Positions 8,513-19,312 of a DNA stretch of 32,000 nt are shown one piece after another (position 1 is the first letter of the stretch; each line of letters opens with the position of its first letter). The stretch covers positions 510,001 through 542,000 of the forward strand of contig NC_006055.1 of NCBI RefSeq assembly GCF_000008305.1, read 5' to 3'. Under the pieces are notes generated by a model. That model was not told where the DNA came from and searched no databases. It worked only from the letters and a program-made list of their open reading frames with translations. This DNA is from Mesoplasma florum L1. GTDB lineage: Bacteria > Bacillota_I > Bacilli_A > Mycoplasmatales > Mycoplasmataceae. The translations under genes and the position numbers were made by a program.

Positions 8513-11500
8513 TTAGTTAGAATATTTATCTGAAATTATTGAGTATGAGAATATAGAAAGAGCTTCTGATTCTGGTTCTTCACCATTACCTGAGTCTGTT
8601 GATCAAGTTACAACAAAAGTTACTTTAGAACCATCAACAACTTTATCTGAACCTTTTCCTGTTATTTCAACACTTGTTGTTGCTTCATCATCAGTACGAG
8701 CAACTGTAAAGTCTACATAATCAGTTCCATTTACTAATCCAGCTGCAGTTAACACAGTTTCAATTTGTGTTTTAACAGTTGAAACATCATTTCCTTTAGC
8801 AGCTGAAATTTTTAAATCATCAGCTTTAATAATATCTGCTAAATCTTTTGAAAAGTCTGTTGATCAAGTTACAACAAAAGTTACTTTAGAACCATCAACA
8901 ACTTTATCTGAACCTTTTCCTGTTATTTCAACACTTGTTGTTGCTTCATCATCAGTACGAGCAACTGTAAAGTCTACATAATCAGTTCCATTTACTAATC
9001 CAGCTGCAGTTAACACAGTTTCAATTTGTATTTTAACAGCTGAAGCATCATTTCCTTTAGCCGCTGAAATTTTTAAATCATCAGCTTTAATAATATCTGC
9101 TAAATATTTTGAAAAGTCTGTTGATCAAGTTACAACAAAAGTTACTTTAGAACCATCAACAACTTTATCTGAACCTTTTCCTGTTATTTCAACACTTGTT
9201 GTTGCTTCATCATCAGTACGAGCAACTGTAAAGTCTACATAATCAGTTCCATTTACTAATCCAGCTGCAGTTAACACCGTTTCAATTTGTGTTTTAACAG
9301 CTGAATCATCATTTCCTTTAGCAGCTGAAATTTTTAAATCATCAGCTTTAATAATATCTGCTAAATCTTTTGAAAAGTCTGTTGATCAAGTTACAACAAA
9401 AGTTACTTTAGAACCATCAACAACTTTATCTGAACCTTTTCCTGTTATTTCAACACTTGTTGTTGCTTCATCATCAGTACGAGCAACTGTAAAGTCTACA
9501 TAATCAGTTCCATTTACTAATCCAGCTGCAGTTAACACAGTTTCAATTTGTGTTTTAACAGTTGAAACATCATTTCCTTTAGCAGCTGAAATTTTTAAAT
9601 CATCAGCTTTAATAATATCTGCTAAATCTTTTGAAAAGTCTGTTGATCAAGTTACAACAAAAGTTACTTTAGAACCATCAACAACTTTATCTGAACCTTT
9701 TCCTGTTATTTCAACACTTGTTGTTGCTTCATCATCAGTACGAGCAACTGTAAAGTCTACATAATCAGTTCCATTTACTAATCCAGCTGCAGTTAACACA
9801 GTTTCAATTTGTGTTTTAACAGCTGAAACATCATTTCCTTTAGCAGCTGAAATTTTTAAATCATCAGCTTTAATAATATCTGCTAAATCTTTTGAAAAGT
9901 CTGTTGATCAAGTTACAACAAAAGTTACTTTAGAACCATCAACAACTTTATCTGAACCTTTTCCTGTTATTTCAACACTTGTTGTTGCTTCATCATCAGT
10001 ACGAGCAACTGTAAAGTCTACATAATCAGTTCCATTTACTAATCCAGCTGCAGTTAACACAGTTTCAATTTGTATTTTAACAGCTGAAACATCATTTCCT
10101 TTAGCAGCTGAAATTTTTAAATCATCAGCTTTAATAATATCTGCTAAATCTTTTGAAAAGTCTATTGATCAAGTTACAACAAAAGTTACTTTAGAACCAT
10201 CAACAACTTTATCTGAACCTTTTCCTGTTATTTCAACACTTGTTGTTGCTTCATCATCAGTACGAGCAACTGTAAAGTCTACATAATCAGTTCCATTTAC
10301 TAATCCAGCTGCAGTTAACACAGTTTCAATTTGTATTTTAACAGTTGAAACATCATTTCCTTTAGCAGCTGAAATTTTTAAATCATCAGCTTTAATAATA
10401 TCTGCTAAATCTTTTGAAAAGTCTGTTGATCAAGTTACAACAAAAGTTACTTTAGAACCATCAACAACTTTATCTGAACCTTTTCCTGTTATTTCAACAC
10501 TTGTTGTTGCTTCATCATCAGTACGAGCAACTGTAAAGTCTACATAATCAGTTCCATTTACTAATCCAGCTGCAGTTAACACAGTTTCAATTTGTGTTTT
10601 AACAGTTGAAACATCATTTCCTTTAGCAGCTGAAATTTTTAAATCATCAGCTTTAATAATATCTGCTAAATCTTTTGAAAAGTCTGTTGATCAAGTTACA
10701 ACAAAAGTTACTTTAGAACCATCAACAACTTTATCTGAACCTTTTCCTGTTATTTCAACACTTGTTGTTGCTTCATCATCAGTACGAGCAACTGTAAAGT
10801 CTACATAATCAGTTCCATTTACTAATCCAGCTGCAGTTAACACAGTTTCAATTTGTGTTTTAACAGTTGAAACATCATTTCCTTTAGCAGCTGAAATTTT
10901 TAAATCATCAGCTTTAATAATATCTGCTAAATCTTTTGAAAAGTCTGTTGATCAAGTTACAACAAAAGTTACTTTAGAACCATCAACAACTTTATCTGAA
11001 CCTTTTCCTGTTATTTCAACACTTGTTGTTGCTTCATCATCAGTACGAGCAACTGTAAAGTCTACATAATCAGTTCCATTTACTAATCCAGCTGCAGTTA
11101 ACACAGTTTCAATTTGTGTTTTAACAGCTGAAGCATCATTTCCTTTAGCAGCTGAAATTTTTAAATCATCAGCTTTAATAATATCTGCTAAATTTTGTGA
11201 AGAATTACCAACTCTAGCTTTTACACTAAAATCATTTTTTCCTTCAATTACATAATTTTCTTTAAATGTAACAGTAAATTTAATTGTTTCATCGTTTCAG
11301 TCTTTTGGTGTTTCTGTTGGATAAATAACACTATCAACACCAGTAATAGCTTGTACTGCATTTGTAATATCTTCTTGAGCTGCTTCAATGTTTGCATATG
11401 ATTTTCCGTTAATAGCAACTTCAGCCGCTGTTTGAATATCACTAGCTAAAACTTTATATGATTTTCAAGTATGAGGTAAAGTTACATCTCCTGTATAAAC

Positions 11501-12931
11501 AAATTCGTTTTCATCATTAGAATTACCAATAAATTTTCATTCTTTTGTATTTTTTACTACATTTGAATTATCATCTTTTAACAGAATAACTTCCTCTACT
11601 GTAATTTGCCCTTTATTAAATTCAGTATCAACAGCTTTTTGCAATTCATCTAGAGTTCATGTTTTTTCTTCATAATCTTTATCCTTTAAGATAGTTTCTA
11701 ATTCATTTTTAATTGTACTTATATTGGCAGTAACTTTATAATCATGAGTAACTTTAAGTTCTCCTTGATATTGTTTGTTATTTTCTTTTGAACCTTGACC
11801 TGTAATAACAAATTTTTCTGTTTTTTTACCTAGTTCAGAATTATCATAAGTTACAGTTGAATCATCTTCAGTAACATCAAATTCTTCAGAACCATATTTA
11901 GTATTTAATGCAGATTGCAATCCATCTTTAGTTCAAGCTTGATTTTTATGTGCTTCATCATTAACAAAACTTGTTAATTCTTGTTTAAATTCTTCATTAG
12001 TTGATATATCTGTTCTTGACATTAAATTTACAGTAACTTCTACTGTGTTAGTTGTTTGTTCTAAAACATAACCAGTTGATAATGTTAAAGTAACTGTAAA
12101 ACTTGATTTATCATCTTCAACAGATTTATTATATTTAGCCTCAGCTTTTTCAATACCTTTAATTCCTGTTGGTTCTGCATCACTTGCTGCTTCTTTATAA
12201 GCAAATGCAGCTTCAATAGCTGATTTAGCAGCTTCTTTATTATCAAATTTATCGTGATTTGCTAAATCAGTAACAACAGTATTTATTTGTGCATTGCTAA
12301 TTACAGTTTGTTTTGTATATGTATGAGTTAATGTTATTTCACCTATATACTTTAATGTATTTTCTGGATCTGTTGTTGCATTACCTGTAAATGTAAATTC
12401 AGCTTTTTTCTTTGTTTCACCAGTATAGTTATTATCGTCACTATAAGTTCCACCAGAAACTGCTATTTCACCATTTCCAAATTCAGAATCTATCTTAGTT
12501 TGTAAATCAGTAACAGTTCATTCATCATGAGGTTTTTCAGATAGAATGCTTGTCAGTCTTGTTGAAATAACTGAAATATCTTCAGCTTTATTATCTTTTA
12601 CTTCATAAGTTTGAGTTAATGTTAATTGACCTGTATATTTTTTATTATTTGCTTTAAATATAAATTCAGCTTTAGCTATACTTGTTACTTTAGTATAGTC
12701 TTTAAATGAAACTGTAATTTCACCTTCACCAAATTCAGTATCTACTTTTTTTTGTAATTCTGATACATCTCATTTTGCATCAGTTTTTGATTTTAAAATT
12801 GCTTCCAATTTTGATTGCAAGATTCTAATATCGTTTTGCTTTTTCTTGTCTGCATTAGCTATAGCTACACCAGCTACAACAACGTTTGTTGTTAATGTAA
12901 CAACCACTAATAATGCTAATAATTTTTTCAT
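8513..12931 (-). CDS. 1472-aa surface protein: signal/anchor peptide, several ~75-aa mollicute-lipoprotein-type modules, then 10 tandem 87-aa repeats
   Basis: ATG 12931: MKKLLALLVVVTLTTNVVVAGVAIANADKK… (hydrophobic signal, no lipobox Cys). The length of 4419 nt is divisible by 3 and includes track ORF 11657..11920 in frame. The repeats have no Met and one TGA each, which explains their absence from the track. The gene ends …VTWSTDSGNGEEPESEALSIFSYSIISDKYSN* at TAA 8513-8515. Confidence 0.85.
8594..11193 (-). repeat. 10 tandem copies of a 261-bp (87-codon) unit, near-identical
   Basis: The marker gatcaagttacaac recurs at 8601, 8862, 9123, 9384, 9645, 9906, 10167, 10428, 10689 and 10950, exactly 261 bp apart. 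Unit: DLADIIKADDLKISAAKGND[V/A/D]S[T/A]VK[T/I]QIETVLTAAGLVNGTDYVDFTVARTDDEATTSVEITGKGSDKVVDGSKVTFVVTWSTDFSK. Confidence 0.97.
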
Positions 12932-13043
12932 ATAAACCCCCATATTTAATTGTTTTTTTACAATAAATACTCCAATTTTAGATTATTAATTCAAAAAAAA
13001 CTCCAAAATGGGAATTTTTTCGTCTTTTTTTATTGAATTTACC

Positions 13044-13083
13044 AAAAAAAAAAAAAAAAGGCCAAAAACACTACTTTTTGACC
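13044..13083 (-). terminator. hairpin + T16 module (minus strand), 112 nt upstream of the large surface-protein start codon
   Basis: The plus strand shows A16 (13044-13059), then ggccaaaaa-cactac-tttttgacc (8 of 9 bp stem). On the minus strand this is a GC-clamped hairpin followed by T16, i.e. intrinsic-terminator architecture with an unusually long homopolymer. Confidence 0.6.
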
Positions 13084-13117
13084 CTTTTTTGACATTAAAA
13101 TAAGCTATAACCATAGG

Positions 13118-13335
13118 TTAAAAAATAGCTTTTTTATCACTAATTAAATATACTAATGATCAAATTCAACTAAAAATATTAATTGATATTACTGATGTAA
13201 CTATAAATAGTATTTAAATAACTCTATTTTTAGATAATTTTAATCTTCATGCAAATATTATATTTAATAAATTAATAGCAGTTAAACTAGTTGCAACAAT
13301 TACTATAATCATCATTATTTGATTAAAGTAAGCAA
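13118..13335 (-). pseudogene. 3' remnant of an 'INLLNIIFAW' family membrane-protein gene, cut off by the IS and carrying internal stops
   Basis: …FNQIMMIIVIVATSLTAINLLNIIFAWRLKLSKNRVI*ILFIVTSVISINIFSWI*SLVYLISDKKAIF* aligns with the C-terminus of the intact gene 19927..20652. There are two TAA/TAG stops inside, and the upstream part is replaced by IS sequence. Confidence 0.75.
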
Positions 13336-14541
13336 TAAACTGGGAAAAATAAAATTTACATTTCTGAAAAAGAAAGGTAGATTTTTTTATGTCTAAATTT
13401 TTAACAAAAAAACAAAGAATAAATATTATAAAAATAAATGATGAATTAAGTATTAATAAAGCAGCTATAGAGTATTTAAAAATAACTGGAAAAGAGGTTG
13501 GTCTAAAAGAATTAGAAATAAAAGTTTTTTTTAGATAATAAAGGTATGAAAGCACTACAAAGAAAAGCAGGTAATTTTAGACCGCCAAAAAGAGATGATT
13601 CTGATATTCCTTCAATTATTGATAAATTAAATGAAAACAAAAAATGAAATAATTGAAGCTTGAATTAAAGAACAAAGAAATAATAAAGAATAAAAACTCT
13701 GTAAAGAAAATTAAGTCATTAAATAATACTTTAAGATCAAAAATTTCTACAATACATAGAACAACTTTTTATATTACGTAAAAAGAAAGGAATTATAAAT
13801 TTGACTATTTGAAAAATAAAGTAATTGATATTTTTAATAACAGCAAAGGATTTTATGGAAGCAGAAAAATAGCAATCATTTTATCTCAAAATGGGTTATA
13901 TATAAACGATAGAACTTTGAGAAATTACATGATTAGATAAGGTTTAATAACACTTACATGTAAAAAGAAACGCAAAGCAGAAATTAAAAATACAAAAATT
14001 AAATAAAGAGATTAATCAAAAGAAATTATAATCCCGAATTAGATAATATCGTAGCTACAGATGTTTCTTATATACCTGCAACATCAACATATAATGATGT
14101 TTATTTATCAGTTGCGATTAGTCACAAAACTAAAAAAATAGAATCATGAAAAATTTCTGAAAATATGATGTAAAATTAGTTTTTGATACTTTAGATAAGC
14201 TAAACTGAAAAGGGTTTATTTTGCATTCTGATCATGGTTTTCAATATTCTTCTTATGAAGTTACTAAAAAGTAAAAAAATCAATTCACAAATATCTATGA
14301 GTAGAATTGGAAACTCATTAGATAACAGAGAAGTTGAATATTTCTTTAGTGTGTAAAGGGCGAATACTTAAATAGAATAAATACTCAAAAAATGAAAATT
14401 TAAATAAATTTATAAACACATGCAATGATATATAAGTTGATACAATAATCATAGAATATAGAAAGTTTTAAATTGAAAAACGCCAGCATGAGCTAGCGTT
14501 AATTAATTATTTAAAGTGTAGATTTATTTTTTCCCAGTTTA
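13336..14541 (+). mobile_element. decayed IS3-family insertion sequence (about 1.2 kb), transposase riddled with stops
   Basis: Imperfect terminal inverted repeats: taaactgggaaaaataaaatttaca (13336-) versus the reverse complement of tgtagatttattttttcccagttta (-14541). The OrfA-like start MSKFLTKKQRINIIKINDELSINKAAIEYLK is at 13389. OrfB-like fragments are …GFYGSRKIAIILSQNGLYINDRTLRNYM…, …TDVSYIPATSTYNDVYLSVAISHKTKK…, …LHSDHGFQYSS…, …SRIGNSLDNREVEYFF…, the DDE pattern of IS3. Many TAA/TAG stops and frame changes persist even under code 4. Confidence 0.8.
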
Positions 14542-14740
14542 TGATGCAAATGAAAATTTTAAATAATTAATTCTTAAAAAAGTATTCTTAATAAATTATA
14601 CATTTAAATAAATATTTTCTTGTAAAAAGACACTAATGAAAATATTAATTGATTATTAAAATATAATTAGCTAAAAAAACTAATTTTGCCAATTAAGGAA
14701 ATGATAATATAATTAAAATATTGAAAAATTAATATCTGAT

Positions 14741-14775
14741 AAAATACCTAAACCTAGAATTAACTTAGGTATTTT
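14741..14775 (-). terminator. hairpin terminator downstream of the DUF285-like gene
   Basis: aaaatacctaa (14741-14751) pairs with ttaggtatttt (14765-14775), an 11-bp perfect stem with A/T runs on both sides. Confidence 0.65.
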
Positions 14776-14856
14776 GTGATAATTCTAACAAGAAATATGA
14801 CACTTTAAAAACACTAATCTATACTTTGAGATAGTCAAAAAAATTATTTTCATTTA

Positions 14857-17580
14857 TTAATTATTTTCAGGAAATTTTGGTTGTCTTTCCTTGGCTCAAT
14901 TTCCCCCTTGATGATAAAAATTAGCAAAATATTCAACATTTTTAACATCTCAATTAGAAATATCAACATTAAAAGCTTGAGCACGATAAAACATATAACT
15001 CATGTTAGTTACACTTGAGATATTTCATTTTGAAATATCTTGATTAAAAGCTTGAGCACCAAAAAACATACTACTCATATCTGTTACCTTTGATGTATCT
15101 CATGCTACATATTTTTCATTATTTTTTTCTACTTCTTTTGTTGAAATATCACAATTAAAAGCTTGAGCACCAGAAAACATATTACTCATGTTAGTTACAC
15201 TTGAAGTATTTCATTTTGAAATATCACCATTAAAAGCATAAGTTTCAGAAAACATACTACTCATATCAGTTACTTTTGATGTATCTCATGCAACATATTT
15301 TTCATTATTTTTTTCTACTTCTTTTGTTGAAATATCACCATTAAAAGCTTGAGCACCAGAAAACATACTACTCATATCAGTTACACTTGAAGTATTTCAT
15401 TTTGAAATATCACCATTAAAAGCTTCAGCTTCAGAAAACATACCACTCATATTAGTTACTTTTGATGTATCTCATGCAACATATTTTTCATTATTTTGAT
15501 CTACTTCTTTTGTTGAAATATCACCATTAAAATTTTGAGCACCTAAAAACATATTACTCATGTCAGTTACACTTGAAGTATTTCATTTTGAAATATCACC
15601 ATTAAAAGCATAAGTATGATAAAACATATTACTCATATCAGTTACTTTTGATGTATCTCATGCAACATATTTTTCATTATTTTGATCTACTTCTTTTGTT
15701 GAAATATCACCATTAAAAGCTGAAGCATCAGAAAACATACTACTCATGTTAGTTACACTTGAAGTATTTCATTTTGAAATATCACCATTAAAAGCATAAG
15801 TATGATAAAACATATTACTCATATCAGTTACTTTTGATGTATCTCATGCAACATATTTTTCATTATTTTGATCTACTTCTTTTGTTGAAATATCACCATT
15901 AAAAGCTGAAGCACGAGAAAACATATTACTCATGTCAGTTACACTTGAAGTATTTCATTTTGAAATATCGCCATTAAAAGCATAAGTATCAGAAAACATA
16001 CCACTCATGTTAGTTACACTTGAAGTATTTCATTTTGAAATATCACCATTAAAAGCTGAAGAACCAGAAAACATATTACTCATATCAGTTACTTTTGATG
16101 TATCTCATGCAACATATTTTTCATTATTTTGATCTACTTCTTTTGTTGAAATATCACCATTAAAAGCTTGAGCACCATAAAACATATTACTCATGTCAGT
16201 TACACTTGAAGTATTTCATTTTGAAATACCAAAATCCACAATATCACTTTGTGCAAAAATTCAATTCATATTAGTTACATTCGAAACATTTCAACCTGAT
16301 AAGTCAATATTACTAAATGTTGTAAGTTTGAATGTTCCTTCCATGGAATTTACATTTGAAGTATCTCATTTTTTGATATCACTTAAATGATCTCCAGAAT
16401 TAGAATTAGCATAAAATAAATAGTTCAAAGATTTTATGTTTTCATTTAATTTATTTGGATAAACTATATCCTCTGAAAAACGAGTAAAAATGTTTATTGG
16501 TTCATTATTGTCTTCTTCAAAAAATATTCCACAAACTTGACCATTATTATATCAACCAAACTCGATTATTTCAGTAAATTCAATTTCATCTCAATCTTTA
16601 GAACTTGTTCCTTTAAATTCTTTGCTATGGATATTTTCATCTTTATCTATTTTATAAAACATAAGTGTTGAATTTAAAACTGTTTTTATTTTAAATTCGC
16701 CATCAAATTCTGATTTTCATTCATAGTTATGGGTGTTTAATGATACTTTTATTGTAATTTCGTGCTCCTTATCTCATTCCACTTCTCCTAATTTTTTAAT
16801 TTCAATCTTTGGTTCAGTTGTTAAATCAGGATTTATTATTTTATTGAAAGTTTCAATAATAGCTTTTTTAGCTTCACTCTCATCATATTCTTGAAGAATA
16901 GCTGATTTAAAAGATTTTTCCATTACATTTTGATCAATTTTAATAACTTTAGATACTGAAATATTCACATTAAATTTACCTTCAAATGATAAATCATCTC
17001 AAACATAATTTTCTTCGAGCATTACTTTAACTTCAAAAGTTTTTTCCTCAAATGCATATGATGTTAATATTTTAGCTTCAACAGTTTTAATTCCAGAAAC
17101 ATTTTTTAATGAATTATTAAGTTCAGCAATAGCTTCATCCTCAGTTAAATTTTTACCCTGAATTGATTCATTTAACATAGTTTGAATTTCTTCTTTTTTA
17201 ATGACATCATAAGTTCCAACTTTTGCTGAAACTGTGAATTCACCATTAAATGATAAATCATCTCAAATATAATTTTCTTCGAGCATTACTTTAACTTCAA
17301 AAGTTTTTTCCTCAAATGCATATGATGTTAATATTTTAGCTTCAACAGTTTTAATTCCAGAAACATTTTTTAATGAATTATTAAGCTCAGCAATAGCTTC
17401 ATCTTCAGTTAAATTTTTATTCTTAATAGATTCTTCTAATTTCTTTTGTATTTCATTCTGATCAATTTTATTATAAGCAGGGGGTTTATTTAATTTTTTC
17501 ATCGACTCATAAGAAACAATTCCTGTAAGAACACTTGCTGTTAAAGATAAAACAGCTAATAATTGTAATAATTTTTTCAT
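14857..17580 (-). CDS. 907-aa surface protein with BspA-like / DUF285-type 26-residue repeats
   Basis: Track ORFs 17263..17580 and 16774..16968 are in the same frame as stop TAA 14857-14859. The signal peptide is MKKLLQLLAVLSLTASVLTGIV. The C-terminal two thirds consist of …F.ga.aFNGDISKWNTSSVT[DN]MSNMF… units, the 'bacterial surface protein 26-residue repeat' (DUF285) common in the mycoides cluster and Entomoplasmatales. One TGA occurs per unit. Confidence 0.85.
14930..16390 (-). repeat. array of about 26-aa DUF285-type units organised in a 186-bp (62-aa) higher-order repeat
   Basis: The marker ttgttgaaatatcac recurs at 15138, 15324, 15510, 15696 and 15882 (spacing 186 bp), then at 16143 (spacing 261 bp, one extra unit). 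Confidence 0.9.
16975..17500 (-). repeat. 2 x 264-bp (88-aa) tandem duplication in the N-terminal part of the DUF285-like protein
   Basis: aaatcatctcaaa[c/t]ataattttcttcgagcattactttaacttcaaaag occurs at 16991 and 17255. The repeated peptide is …KNLTEDEAIAELNNSLKNVSGIKTVEAKILTSYAFEEKTFEVKVMLEENY[IV]WDDLSF…. Confidence 0.9.
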
Positions 17581-17598
17581 ATTTCTCCTTTATATTTT

Positions 17599-18456
17599 TT
17601 AATTTTTAATTTCATTTTTTACTTTTTTCATATAAGCAATTAATTCTTTTTTTGTCAGGTTTCTCAAATTAACTTTTTGTAATTTTTTTGATAATTCTTT
17701 TTCAATCGCAATGCTTCTTAATTTATTTGAGTATTTTTGCAATTCATTTCTTTGTTCATCAATATTGCGTGATCCATCAATTTTAGCTCTTTCAGAGACT
17801 GACATTTTTGGCGTAACTTCTTTTTTAGCTATAGTTTTTCTCTCTTTAAAGTTGACTTCTTCAATATACTCCTCAGCGGTTTCCACTAAGCTATCTTTAT
17901 ATTTTGTTTCCATTTTTGAAACAAAGTCATGTGCATCTTCATCAGAAACATTAGAGTCTTTTTTAAAATTGATTTTTTTTATTTTGTTACTTGAATTGGC
18001 TGTTTTTTTACTTTTGTCATTTTGATTAGATGCTGGTTCAATTTCCAATATATTATTATTATTATTATTATTTAAAAGCTCATAAATAATAAAACCTAGC
18101 ATGCAGGTAATTCCAACGATTAGAATTCAGTTGATTAATAAATCTCAAAAAATTGGAAGTAAGAATATATATCCACCGTTTACACTGTATAATAATCGAA
18201 ATTCTGAAAATGACTTTGAACCTATTGGTCCTGTGAAAAAAGAACTTGTTATTTTTCCATTAGCAAATCAGTTAACATCTGTCTTGTTTATTAAACTAAA
18301 TTCTGATTCAAAAATTACTTTTCATTGACTAGTTCCATTTATTGCCTGATTTATCATCTTAAACATGAATGCTAAAATTATCAAGATAATTATCATTAAG
18401 AATCAAGTTAAGATATTTTTAAATTTATTTTGATTTACTTTTAGTATTTTTTTCAT
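17599..18456 (-). CDS. two-TM membrane protein with long charged C-terminal region; truncated paralog of the TM-HU protein at 26837..27970
   Basis: ATG 18456 with RBS aaaggag. Product MKKILKVNQNKFKNILTWFLMIIILIILAFMF… (triplets checked) runs through TGA into track ORF 17599..18102. It contains an (AAT)7 Asn run and ends …LTKKELIAYMKKVKNEIKN*, which matches …MTKKELILFMKKIGNELRK… of the 26837 protein. Confidence 0.75.
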
Positions 18457-19274
18457 TTTATCTCCTTTTATTTCCTTTTCATTTTGTTATTTTTTTGTTG
18501 AAATCCTGATTAAAAGTTTTGTTTTCTTTATTTTTATAAAGTAAAATTAAGTTTTTATTTTATTTAAATATTCACTAATATTCTAATTAAATTCATTAAT
18601 TTAGTAAAACCTGGAGAAGTAAGGGCTAGGAAATTTTAAACTAATATATTATTATATAAATTGAATCTTCTTTAAAGATTTTTTCATGTATTTTTTTATA
18701 TATAATAATAATTAATTTAGCACGATATAGGTTTTTTCACTTCTTTAAGACTAGATTCTGAACTATAAACTCCACTAGCTCTTAAAGTATGAAATGTTAG
18801 TTTTTATTAAATTTTGGTTTTGTGTTTAAATGATCCTATATGAATAAAATTTTATTTAAACTCAATGTTTTGGTAGATATTTTACTAAAATACTTTCAGA
18901 TACTAAAGAAATAATATTGCAATTAAAAAAGCTAAAAGTAGAATCATTATTTCTATTTATTTTGATAACATTCTTCAGAAAATTAAAATTTTGTGAATTA
19001 ATTTTTCAATTTATTTTGAAGATGATAATTAATTTATAATAAAGCCCATATTTTAAATAAATGCTCATTTTACTATCCACCTTTATTTTTTAAAGATCTA
19101 AAAGTTTAGTAAACTTAATTAATAATTATTTTTGTGTAAATTTTATTTTTTAAGTTACTGTTTGCTACTTTCAATTCTTTAATTTCTAAAAGATATAATT
19201 TATGCTAGGTATTTTTTATATATAGTAATCTTTATAATAAATACACTTATAAGGTGGTTATTTATAATGTTAGC

Positions 19275-19312
19275 AAAAAAAAAAAAAAAAGGCAAATTAC
19301 CTAATAATTTGC
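19275..19312 (-). terminator. orphan hairpin + T16 module (minus strand) with no convincing gene on either side
   Basis: Plus strand: A16 (19275-19290), then g-gcaaatta-cctaa-taatttgc (8-bp perfect stem). Same architecture and same tract length as 13044 and 23892. Confidence 0.55.

Noticed and set aside
8594-11193. Regular 261-bp repeat array considered as a possible CRISPR or satellite
   Set aside because: There are no unique spacers. The units are contiguous, in frame (87 codons), and sit inside a 4.4-kb ORF with a signal peptide, so this is a coding tandem repeat.
11248-11442. Track ORF (64 aa, minus strand) inside the large surface-protein gene
   Set aside because: It is out of frame relative to the 8513..12931 reading frame and has a Leu/Lys/Gln-rich nonsense composition.
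13247-13555. Track ORF (102 aa, minus strand)
   Set aside because: Chimera. Its C-terminal third is the remnant of the INLLNIIFAW family gene, and the rest is antisense to the IS3 left end and OrfA start. There is no RBS, and the composition is low-complexity and hydrophobic.
14545-14690. Possible additional degenerate copy of the INLLNIIFAW-family 3' end immediately right of the IS (aaaatattaattgatt…, tgcaaat…)
   Set aside because: The matches are short, AT-rich, and in an order inconsistent with a collinear gene remnant. I cannot distinguish them from chance without an alignment tool.
18856-19068. 70-codon code-4 ORF (MSIYLKYGLYYKLIIIFKINW…) downstream of the orphan T16 module, with RBS-like aaaggtgg
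   Set aside because: The sequence is implausible, with no signal peptide or other recognisable feature. It may be debris of a decayed gene and is reported only within the gap finding.
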